A DNA stretch of 58,265 bases, the filler included, from Sphacelaria rigidula (Eukaryota): the NCBI GenBank assembly GCA_964200075.2. It is 7 parts of 7 records of this genome, joined end to end, with 100 filler letters (N's around TTAATTAATTAA, not from the genome) between each part and the next. Parts side by side here need not be neighbours in the genome. Positions count along the whole stretch, not along the records: positions 41,692 to 49,928 come from CAXNAA020011818.1; positions 50,029 to 58,265 come from CAXNAA020011819.1; 5 more parts are not named here. One strand, 5' to 3'. The notes beneath the pieces were generated by a model, which saw nothing but the letters and a program-made list of their open reading frames with translations, was not told where the DNA came from and ran no database searches. Below are positions 47,870-58,265 of the stretch, one piece after another. The first letter of the stretch is position 1. Each line of letters begins with the position of its first letter. The position numbers and the translations under genes are program-made.

Positions 47870-49300
47870 ACCTGTTTCGATCTTCGTGAACCTCTGCACA
47901 CAAGCCTTCGTGCCTTCAACGTATCCTCTCAGATATTTTGGGTCTGCAAGGCAACCAGCAGCGGGCTATAATTTCTTGGTCGTTGGGCTTTTCGGCCTTT
48001 TTGACGAGGTTTTATCTGACAAGATAGGGTGTGTTTGTTACTTTTCGGCGTTTCCTCTATGGAGCCCACAGTAGGATCATCATTGAACAAATACAGGTAT
48101 GCACGTGAACATCAAAGGGTATGCAAATGAACAAAAACGGATATGATATGATATGTCTAGCTGAGAGTCGGGTGTACTCTGCTGGTTTGTTGACAAAATC
48201 GGGTGCTCTAACAGTCTCTCTTTTTTCGCGCCCTACTTCAGCCGGTTGCCATGTGTCGGAAAAGAAAACAAATGGGCATCCTGCCGAAGCATGTTGGGCA
48301 TGGGGCTGAGGCGCTCAGAAGTGTTTTCGAGGTGCTTATTCCGCATGCAGCGCCGCGCCCCGAACCGAAACGTGCCTTACCCTTTTTGTTCCCAAAACCA
48401 GGGAAATACCCCCATTTGGTCTCTTCCTCACAATTAAACCTGGTGGAGGGAGGGATCCAAAAGCTTTTGCCTTCTTCTCTGCATGTCGTTAATTCCCTGG
48501 TACTGACTTGTTTCAACATAGATATGGGCAAGTGGTGTTTTGCATATTGCCGTGAAAACAGATGAATCTCACGGCATGATGGAGAATTGGGTTGGTTTCA
48601 CGACTGAACAGAAAAATGTGGGTTCATTTTCGTCGACTTTGTCCGCGTGAGTGTATACTTCGAAGGATGCGTTTTCCACGGAGCGAGCGTCAAACGCGCG
48701 TCTGTTTCCTGAAATGGGTCTCTCTCGCTAGCAGCGCTTAGTTTGTTCGTGTTTTGTTACCAGTTCGGAACGTGAGGTATCCTACCACCGTACCGAGAGG
48801 TACGGTACCCGAGAGCCAGGAAAATATCAGCGTAGACACGGAGTCGAGTACAACACGTCTAACATCGTACCCACTGTTCAGCACGCTCGGTGGTGCGCAG
48901 TATGTACGTGCCGCGAGGATTGTGCTTGGAAGATGCCTTGATATATAGATTGGGCGAGGCGACAAGCAAGCACGTTGCCCACACGTGAAAGGTTTAGACG
49001 CTTTTTGCGCCCCCAGGCTTTTGCGGTGTTGTCAATGGGACGGACGAATGTATATTATCCTGGGCAAGTTGACCCACAGAGACACGTCACATGGGTTCAC
49101 ATAGGTAAGGGATGTTTCGAGACATTTGTTGCACGAATAAGACAAACTCACGCGTTGATATCTCTAGCAGAATGCGAATTGTTCTGCACGCCGGTACAGT
49201 GCCGGCCCGCCGGTAACGAGTGTCTTCGTAAGAAATGGAGCGGCAGGAAATCGTTCAATATCGTGCGACCGTTCGTACGGTATGAAGAATAACTGGCAAA
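47870..49300 (-). pseudogene. Possible exon relics of an unidentified gene
   Basis: Short open segments bounded by CAG acceptors and GTGAGT/GTAAGG/GTGTGA donors (~49151-49293, ~48381-48479, ~47872-47944). No recognisable family. Confidence 0.25.
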
Positions 49301-49559
49301 AACAAATTCAAGAAATTGCTGGGCTGGGAAGGAAATTACCAAAATAAGACATACATTTTCTTGGCTAGGCATAATAAATTACAGAATAAGAAATAACGCT
49401 CATATCGACTGCAAAAGTAAGGTTATGAGCCTCGCTCAAAATTGCTGTTATTTATCAGCGGACCGGTCGATGACAGTCTCAGCCACGACGACACACGGTG
49501 GGGTTCCATGCGGCACCACGAACCCCGCTGATTGATGCAAAACCCCCCTCCTCGCCTCT

Positions 49560-49928
49560 GCCGCCTGGTCCGGCCAGAACCCGGCGTGCTCCGTCCCGGC
49601 CTTGTAGGGGCGAATCCCCGATGGGGTTGGCGTCGGTTGGCGATGGCGCTATAAAATACGTCACTCACTGCGTAAGCTAGGCAACCAGGTTACCGTTTTT
49701 TTTGCGCGCCTGCGTTTTTTTGCGGTAGCCATGATGGCAGTCGAGCTAGATCATGTCGTGCGGCGTGGGGGAACCTTAACTCTGCACAATGGGGATGATC
49801 GTACTGCGTGATGTTTAAATAGTGAGACGCCCATGAGGCAGTGTGTATCCCATGGCTGTCTCTGGAAGTGGCGATACCAGATAATAAAGCAACTCATTGT
49901 AGGCTGTCATCCAAATGCAATATAATCA
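49560..49928 (-). repeat. Family D segments in permuted order
   Basis: 49770-49928 matches the 3' half of family D; 49562-49610 matches its 5' GC-rich module. Confidence 0.7.
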
Positions 49929-50028
49929 NNNNNNNNNNNNNNNNNNNNNNNNNNNNNNNNNNNNNNNNNNNNTTAATTAATTAANNNNNNNNNNNNNNNN
50001 NNNNNNNNNNNNNNNNNNNNNNNNNNNN
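49929..50028. other. Artificial contig spacer
   Basis: N44-TTAATTAATTAA-N44. Confidence 0.99.
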
Positions 50029-50108
50029 CGGTGCTCCGTCTCGAAAGAGGTGCCTGGTCAATGGTCACACGACTAAGTCAGGCAGCAAATGAGTACGTCC
50101 CCCCCCTC
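50029..50108 (+). mobile_element. LINE 3' end fragment (family F) ending in oligo-C
   Basis: GGTGCTCCGTCTCGAAAGAG...GCAGCAAATGAGTACGTCCCCCCCCTC. Confidence 0.8.
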
Positions 50109-50681
50109 AAAAACTCAAAATTTCGATCTTGGGGCCTACGTGCCCCGAAATACATTTTCGACAGACCCTTGACAATCCCATTTTTCAGTACTCGTCATAA
50201 TTTTTTTGTTTTTTGTTTTTTTCTATTTCTCGCTATTCAGTTTTTCTCTCTGCTGCTTTTTTGTCTCTTTCCCCTAACCGTAACCGTAACCCTAACTCTT
50301 CATCGTCCCCCCTTATTTCCCGAGTTTTGTGTATAGCGCATGATGCCGCTTTCCAACCTCGCGTACATCTATTTTGAGACAACGGTTGGATCCCTCAGGG
50401 ATCGAGGAGGCCGAGGAAGGGGATGGGTTCAAAAGTGACAATGTATGTACCGTATACTTCGTATAATATATCGAAAACCGAGGGGGGCGCAGATCGAGAT
50501 TCGACTGTACCATATATAGATATAGATTTAGATTTAGATATCCCGGGAGCAGGAATACTCGACCAAAGTCGCGAGGCGGGTTGATGATGCAACATCACAT
50601 ACGAACGAACGAAGGTGGTCGCCAGGAATATTCTCCATCTATATAGCATTCCAGTGTATATTGTGCATTGCATATAACTGA

Positions 50682-51148
50682 GAGTGTGTGTTGTCGTCCC
50701 ATCTCTATTAATATTATTCTGGACGCCGGTCTACATTTTTCGGTATATATATACATATATATATATGTGGGCGCACCAGCCGGGGTCACACAGCTAGGAG
50801 GAAGGCCAACACAGGAGTTTTTTCTTATTTATTTGTTTCAGCTCCCCACCTTCCTTCTGCGCGGTACTTGCCTTTATTTTCCATCGCAACAGCAGGGAAT
50901 CAACAGCCCCTTTCCCTCGCCGATCGTTGACCCTTAAACCGCGAACGTGGTCCATCTGGACCATGCATGCATTTTCAAGAGAAATTGGAGCCGATTCAAC
51001 AGATGACGTACTCTCTCTCGCTGTCCAAGCTCTCCACTGTTGGGCATGCAGTGTGTGAGAAAAAAACACACAACGCTGCAAGATTCGAATCCACGACCCA
51101 ACCGTCAGAGGGTTTCGAGATCAACAACTGAGCCATCGGGGCGACCTG
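50682..51148 (-). mobile_element. SINE family A, full length with internal insertions
   Basis: GTGTGTGTTGTCGTCCCATCT...GGGCGCACCAGCCGGGGTCACACAG...GATTCGAATCCAC...CAACTGAGCCATCGGGGCGACC. Confidence 0.8.
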
Positions 51149-53377
51149 TACATATATTTCAGTTGTTTCGTTTGGCGATCGGTTGTGGTACGCGATGGAA
51201 GGCCTTGTCGGTTTTCGGATTTGTTATTGGTCGTTGTGGGTCCATCCATGTTCCGGAGAGAGGATGCTGGTGGTGATTTTCGCCGGGATACCACGCAGAT
51301 TGAAGGTGGAAGAACATACCTACGCGAACCGCGCGAAGAAATACGGTAGGAAGAATAATGCAGAAGTTGCGGTCCGTGCCTGTCTTTTGTTTCCTTCACT
51401 CTGCCCTCCCACGCTACGGCATAGGAGAAGATGGAGTACATCCCCGAGTAGGTCAAATCATCAAGGGGGATCCAGACGTTAGGCATCTCATGAGCCATGA
51501 TACCTAAAGCAAATAACAAATAATTAGCGAAGAGGTCTCTCAAATTCGTTGTCCAAGAACACAAAATACGTGACAGATCCAAGAAGCCAGGGCTCTATTA
51601 TTATATACATTTGCCCTACTCCACGTGATCGGCGTCCAGCGCAACAGGGAGCAAACATGGAAAAGAGGACAAATAAGCTAGCTTACGATCCCGATCAGTA
51701 CACCAATAACAATTAATATTCTGGTAGCTCATGAGCTGTCCGACGTGTGAAAAGGTCAGCCAGCCCCGTCTAATCAATGCCTCGACATCGCGGCTCTATG
51801 TCATTGTTTCACCGCAGAAGTAACTTATCATAATAACACTTGTGTCATCGCGGGTATGATTTACGAACAAACATACGGGCCAATCTCAGTGATCTCAGGC
51901 CTGGTGCAAGTGGTGTAGTGGTGCTGCATTTCCAAGGTACAAATGGTGTGGTGTTACTGCATTTCCAGGGACAAGAAAGATATGGATACCGCGCGGCGGA
52001 GAATTATTCATCGCCGCGTTCCCCCCGGATCCAGCAGGTATCTCCCGTCCGTTTCCAGTTTTTCGACAACACTGTGTTATTATTATTATATCTGTCACAT
52101 TAGCTCGATCAACGGATACTTTAATCAGAGCTTCTCGCTGAATTCCTCCGGTCAACCCAGCCTCTCGGAGCGCGGCCGACCTGTTGCTTACCGATTATGC
52201 GGCCGACCTGTTGCTTACCGATTACTGATAACATCGAGAGTTTACTGCCGCAAACATTCTACTTTCGCGTACTCGGTGCCCCATTGTGGCTGAGGGTGTT
52301 ATCTTACGTAGTTCTATCCCTATCCCCTTGTGTGCAAAACGCCTACAATGTATGACATGAAGCGGGACCAATCCTGTGACTGCCGAGTTATTTCCGGAAG
52401 TATCGCTTGTTTTCTGCATCACTGGACGTTCCCCCTCCGGAGCCCACTCCTTTGCTGAGAGAGTCTAGACTTCGTCTCCGGCTATAGAGTTCTGGCTGTG
52501 AATCTGACTCGGGAGTGTGGTCAAGCTTGGATGCCCCAGCATGGTGACGAGAATTGAAAAAACGCGATCAAGGCGGTGTGTCGGTGAGTAGATGATACCG
52601 AGTGTTGTACTGGCCATCGTTTTGTAGGCCGCCATAGAAACAGTACTCGGATAGTATCCCTGTACAAGCTACTACTGGGGCCAGTGCACACCCAGTCAGC
52701 CCTCAACCCCGTTCCAGGATATTGCAGTCACTGGTTGATCTGTGTCTGCCTGACTACTCCACAGTAAATCTGGCTCGTTCTCTGGGCTCGGTATCGTGCG
52801 CCTCTTGCCCTTTTCGCGACGGTTGTGGTGTTCGTTGCGTGGTCTGGCGTGCACAACAAGGGTACTGTACTGTTGTGCTTGGAAAAATTGAACAGGAATC
52901 CAAGGCAGCAGACATGGCCAAATCAGCCAAAACTACAGTAGTATGTTGACGTACTGAAAGCATTGACGTTTGTTCTGTCAGTCGTGTACGGTCGAAACTG
53001 CCGATGACAAGTAGTAGCAGACGGAGCCATACCGTGTGGTATTCAGATAGCCGAGCGAACCTCGATTGTCGAGCGAGCCGTTGGAAATTGCATGGTGAAC
53101 GGACAGCTTCTCCCCATCTTCAATTGTTGGTGGTCCACCATCAGCAGTCGTCGTCTTCAACGAAATGTAGTACTCGCCTCCCATGCCGCATATATGTAGC
53201 ACGCGCTGTGCTTGCACACAACGGACGGGTAGCTTTCAGCTGATGGACAGCTTTTCATGTCACGTAACACAGCGTAGGTGTATACGCGGTGCTCCGCGCC
53301 GCCGTGACTGCGTCTTGACCGTGGTTGCAAGTGCACAAACGAGCGGTAAAACAAACTGCCAACTTTTTGCCATTTAA

Positions 53378-53477
53378 CCCTTTGATCGCAAGGGTTGGTC
53401 ACCTGCTGAATCGGCATCAATTTTCACTTGAAAAGAGTCTGTATGGTCCAGATGGACTGCCCCCGCCGTCTAGGGGG
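53378..53477 (+). mobile_element. 100-bp piggyBac-type MITE with intact TTAA target duplication
   Basis: TTAA|CCCTTTGATCGC...CGTCTAGGGGG|TTAA. Confidence 0.8.
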
Positions 53478-55504
53478 TTAAATTACCGACGTTTACCTGA
53501 GACGATCACACTTGGTTGCGGACGAGATGTGGTATTATCGGAACAGTCACTGAAATACAACAGTTGTACAGTAGACTGCACTGCTAAGGTTTGATTCACT
53601 GCCGACTATAAAGTTGTCGGTATGGGAGTGCGGTGCAATTTTACAGTTTTCTGTGTTCAAGATTGGCCCCGGATATTTTTCATCATCATTCTTCGTATTT
53701 CGTGCATCATCGCGTCAATCACCTCGATCACTTTACACATGAGAGACTTTCCTCGAAACCTCAAACCTTATGCATCATTTCGCGTTGACCTATCGTTACG
53801 GTACAGTAACCAACCGTGAACCCTCTCAAACCAACACTGGGCAAACTAGCGCCCCGCACAATTGATGACGTCCTAGGGCGATAAATGTGGCACCTGTACA
53901 GACAGTACTCGAACGCTGTCATGTACTTGTGCATGCATTGTCGTTGTGATGCATTGTATCTCACTGTCGAATGTTCAACAATATGGGCTTCAGTTCCTAT
54001 CCGTCCCATAATGAGCGCAAGGGATGCAGGCAAGGATGGTTCCTACACCTCCCGCTAGGAGCGCCTCCTTGAGATTCTGGATTGTTCTGTGCCATACTTT
54101 TGAACCAGTGAGCGCTCTCTTTTCTCATGGGTAAACTGTTCGCTTCCTGAACATGCTGTACCATCAGAGAGTAGACGATCTCGTACATGCATCGACATGC
54201 CGCAATTAGGGCTCGCCATGCTTCCCTTTGATTCTCGGCCTCCCAAGCAACGCACAGTAGTACTACTTTCTGTAGGACTTCCTTACTGTACTGTACTAAT
54301 ATATTACCCTGTCTGTTTTACGTTGCCATTTGTTCATTCTTCAGGACAAACTACAGAGCGGGACTTTATCACGTAGTAGGCCTGAGGCTGGTTTTGTACT
54401 GCTGTTGGTAATGCGACTCACCAGTGTATGTGTTTGCCTAAAGTTGCTCAGAGAATTACACCCCCCCCCCCCCCCCCTGCCCCTTACCCCATCCCGCACG
54501 TGACCAAGCGGGTGTAGTTTTGTCGCTGTGAACTTGAGGACAAGGTGGGTTCCACGCTATTACGTGATGCCGTGGAATACTACCCCCTCTGTGCGTACTG
54601 TCTGTATCGCACTGTTCTCTTGCATACAGTATATAGTCCGATGCATCCCAGGCGTGTGCCTGTATTTTGGCCGGAAGTATTATTCGAGTGCGCAGATAGA
54701 TATCTCATCGTTGTATGCACATGTGATGTGAAGACGAGCAAGGGTGCACACGCATGTCTGAGGGAATTGCCCGCATATCCATGCACGATGTGTCACACGT
54801 ACTTCACGGGCAGATTCTACATATCTGTGTTGAGGGTACGCACCGCACAGTTTTTCCAAAATTAGGGTAACGATGAATGATTAAATATTGTGTGGTTCAG
54901 TGTTTTCGATTGCTGAGGAGCGGAAATTTCTCCCGGTCAGAACGTTCCTGTGATAAATGGCGGAGCTCCTTCACGAAGGACGGCCGGAAATATAGAAAAT
55001 TCATCATGGGTGCACGTACTGCCTGTACGTTACCTACCGGCTTGTTCTGAGATTGTTCAAAAAAATTATATATGTGTATCTGCCACCTGCATTGTCGTTG
55101 TACTTGTGCTGTTGTCTCCCCAGTAGAGTGTAACGCTTGGTCGGGGTTTATTGGTCAATCTATCTCCGTTTCCAGTAATGGCAGCACTGCTCTCGTGGTG
55201 CTCTGAACCAGCGAGAAATCCCCACGATTGACCCATCCCCGTCGCATTCTCTCTTATCCTTCAGGGATTTGTCAGGGTACCACGGCATTCAAAAATGGGT
55301 AGACCAAACAGGGGCTGAACACATACCCCAAACCGTATTTAGTGCTGCTTGTTCCGCAAGTCTGCACGCGAAATTGATTTGAAACGCTGTCTCGAGGAAA
55401 ATGCCCACTTGTTGTGGCGCTCCCAGGTACTACTGCACTGTAAAAAGATGAGAGATGAAAATATATATCTTCGATACTCGTACTTGATGGAGGTTTGCCT
55501 GTAA

Positions 55505-55607
55505 CCCCTTGACCGCGAGGATGGGTCACCTGCTGAATCGGCATCAATATTTACTCGAAAAAAAGTATGTGTGATCTAGATTGACTACGCGGACCACGGT
55601 CTGAGGG
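55505..55607 (+). mobile_element. piggyBac-type MITE, third copy
   Basis: GTAA|CCCCTTGACCGCG...CACGGTCTGAGGG|TCAA. Confidence 0.75.
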
Positions 55608-55859
55608 TCAAGTTTTGCATGCGTTGGACATTTTCCGGAGAGTCTTGTAGTGCAAGAGATTGTCTAGGCATAGTGTGCGTTGCCAGACCTTGAATCGGCA
55701 CTTCAGGTGCCGATTTCGACGAAAACACTTTCTGTGCACGCTGAGAGCACGTTTGGAGCACAGCCCCACTACTGCTGTCTAGTCTACATCAGGTCGAGCT
55801 GAAAATCAATCATAGCACCGCTCCAAGTGGTGAACTGATGCTGGAGAGTGTAAAATTCG

Positions 55860-56060
55860 GTCGACGAGGAAAAGCGATTGCTGAACTCCCTCGCGATAAA
55901 AAAGTAAAGGCAAGCACCTCAAAAGGAAGGTAGGGTACAAGAAAAAAACAAGAGAATAAGAAGCTCCTGTGTTGACCTTCCTCGAGTGTGACCCCGACTG
56001 ATGCCCCAACATATTCCGGAAGGTGTAGACCGGGCGTCCAGAATAGATGGGACGACAACA
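55860..56060 (+). mobile_element. SINE family A, 3' part
   Basis: GTCGACGAGGAAAAG...CTCCTGTGTTGACCTTCCTC...AATAGATGGGACGACAACA. Confidence 0.75.
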
Positions 56061-56947
56061 TTAGAGATTGTGGGGAGAAGGCCACAACTAAAAATGGCTC
56101 TTGCCTGTTTTTGTTTCTCCGCCCGCAAGAAGGGCCACCTAGGTAGCGGGCGGATTTACATCTTTGGGGCGGAATTACTTACTCCACTCCACGAGCGGAT
56201 AAAAAGTACTGAGTATTCCAGCGCAACATGCCCATGTTGGACCCTTTAAACCCTTTGAGGGTAGGTCATCTGCCTATGCATTACTTTTACAAGTGAAATT
56301 GACGCTGATTCAACAGAAGATGATATGTGCCCGCGGCGAAAGTGTGGCCTGCCGCAAGCCCCGACAGTCCGGTGGAGGATAGCAAAATTGTAGGGAGAGG
56401 AAGACGATAGCAGGACGTCCGCGCGCTAGAACGATCTCGCGTGTTTATTTGCGACCAATATCATCCCAGCACGCTAACATGGTTGAAAAACAAGGTTGAG
56501 GTTTAGCTTCACTTTTTAGCTTGCGCTTGTACACCGCTTATTACGAGGAGGATGGCTGTGCTATGTACGCGTTGGTATCCCGCTAGCCTGGCGCATTCTT
56601 CACCTCCTTGTCTCGTGGAAACGTGGCTTTACAAGAGCGAGGATGCATACGCCATTGCAGAGCAGCTGCTGGTTGTGTGAAAGCATCACTAGGGGAGAGG
56701 TCACGACCTCATGTGCATAGCCATGGCCTAGTGAGCCCGGACCTCCTTCTTTATATGAGGCGTTCGTCTATTCCGAAATAGCAACTTCTAAACCTTGACG
56801 GAGGAAAAAAAGAAGAAAAAAACTTCCGTCTGAGGGATGACATGGAGTGTTTTAACCCTTTCACGCGTCAGGCAACTCATGAGTCGACTCAGTTGTGTGG
56901 TATAACTCAGCCGGCGGAAGAGTTACCGCTGCGTGACGAGTACTGTC

Positions 56948-58190
56948 CAGTGTTACACCGGGGGTTAGTGTCACGTTTCCCACCACCACCCCAAAAATGA
57001 AGACGCGACGGAGTCAAAGAAGTGTACAGAGCGTTTTATCGCAATTAAAGCGTTACACAGCCGTATTACGTATCTAAATATCCCTTCTCATCGCAGTCTG
57101 GCTCAATTCCACCCTGTACAGCTCACAAACCAGCGATGGATACCCCTCGAAAAAGCTGTACCTATTTGTACGAGCAAAAAAGTCATTTTCCAATACGCCC
57201 GTACCTCACGCGACAGAAGCAGTGTTTCGCCTGGTTTAGTGTCACGTTTTTCACCCCCAGCCCCAAAACGCGACTTGGTGAAGTAAAAATAAGTCGACAG
57301 GACAGAATAATGCCAACTATGATGCACAGCTGCAGTACTTATCCGAAGCTACTCCTCCATCGAAGTCCAGTTCAATTCCATCCGGTACAGCACACGAACG
57401 ATCGACAGATGACCGGAGAAAAATACGACGAAATCTGTACAAGCTCAAAAGTCATTTTCCAATATGGCTGACCTACACACGATCGCAGATAACTCGCGCT
57501 GCACGAATGTCAGCTAGCTGAATCTCAAGAGGCGGGTAATAATCGCTAATAGCCATCGTTCAACATCAAAATTGCATCAAATAGTCATCAAAATCGTGCG
57601 GAAATTGCTGCAAAGATCACTGTACGTCAACATTTCCATGTGAGGCAAGGGTATATGCAGCTGCGACGTCGAGGGCTGATATGCATCTTAGCTACACAGA
57701 GCAACTTGATTTGGCGTTGCAGCTGCTGTGTGTATCGAGATATTGCCATCTCGATGCGGGGTGTCGTGACACAATAGATGCGGTGGAAAAGCGTATCAGA
57801 TACAAGGGAAGCCGGTATCCAAAATTAGCCGGCGGCAATAGCGCCGCGTTTGGGTGTGTTCGTAGTCGTAGATATATTCTCCCTCACTCTTTCGTGGAAA
57901 CAACAGCGTTGACTGTCGGCAACAAAGATGGTTTGAATATGTGCATGGCATTATAGCCGCGGTGGCGCGCGAGGTCGCTGCCCAAAACATAGCGTACACA
58001 CGCAAGCATACTGTCGTCAGCGAGGCTGTGACCCCTCCGCCTCTAAGGTCAGTTGAAACAAACAACGTGAAAAAAATAATGTACGAGCTGGGTCAGCTGA
58101 CGGTAATTTGCGAATGTATCGGGGCCGGGCGGTGCGTAATTCGAAGCGTTGGGCGCTAAAAGTTTGACATTTAATTTTTTTTCATCATCA
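56948..58190 (+). repeat. Dispersed repeat (homolog of 36480-37440) preceded by a diverged ~270-bp tandem duplication (56948-57220)
   Basis: CAGTGTTACACCGGGGGTTAGTGTCACG recurs as CAGTGTTTCGCCTGGTTTAGTGTCACG; AAAAGTCATTTTCCAATA occurs twice. Confidence 0.8.
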
Positions 58191-58193
58191 ATA

Positions 58194-58265
58194 CGAGCTG
58201 GGCCAGCCTAGAGGCTGCATGAACGTTTGCAGGCGGATGCGCCGGCCAATATTTGGAGTTGGACC
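58194..58265 (+). mobile_element. Start of another family E MITE, cut at the palindrome arm
   Basis: TA|CGAGCTGGGCCAGCC...TTTGCAGGC...CGGCCAATATTTGGAGTTGGACC matches 26536-26607. Confidence 0.8.

Noticed and set aside
49421..49432. GGTTATGAGCC as a copia primer-binding site
   Set aside because: No adjacent LTR end or downstream gag recognised on the plus strand.
50272..50297. Telomeric repeat (CCTAACCGTAACCGTAACCCTAAC; also 5293-5306)
   Set aside because: Only 2-4 degenerate internal units, not a terminal array.
51905..52225. Short tandem duplications (30 bp at ~51910-51975, 27 bp at ~52170-52225)
   Set aside because: Ordinary two-copy slippage duplications with no further structure.

Overview
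Repeat-rich eukaryotic DNA, probably from a brown alga or other stramenopile. That assignment is an inference from ~50% GC, short GT-AG exons and repeat families that resemble brown-algal ones; it is not proven. The window is not one locus. It is seven unrelated contigs of 8239, 8239, 8238, 8238, 8237, 8237 and 8237 bp, sorted by size and joined by identical 100-bp artificial spacers (N44-TTAATTAATTAA-N44). Content is mostly transposon relics: an RTE-clade LINE with two PAM2-like motifs ahead of its endonuclease; a second, 5'-truncated LINE whose 3' ends run into C-rich tracts; an internally deleted Ty1/copia element; a gag-only LTR element; the C-terminus of an Academ-like (CXC) transposase; and a possible MULE relic. 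There are also two tRNA-headed SINE families and several MITE families (TA-flanked with long internal palindromes, TTAA-flanked piggyBac-type, foldback, CACTA-like), plus microsatellites. Host genes appear only as isolated exons: a first exon ending MSKNALKKQ (aminoacyl-tRNA-synthetase-like), an acidic exon and an IQ+SAP-like exon. No CRISPR, rRNA or genuine tRNA gene is supported. No complete novel multi-gene system is evident. The best leads are the PAM2-bearing LINE, the palindrome-carrying MITEs and the Academ-like transposase. All alignments were done by eye.
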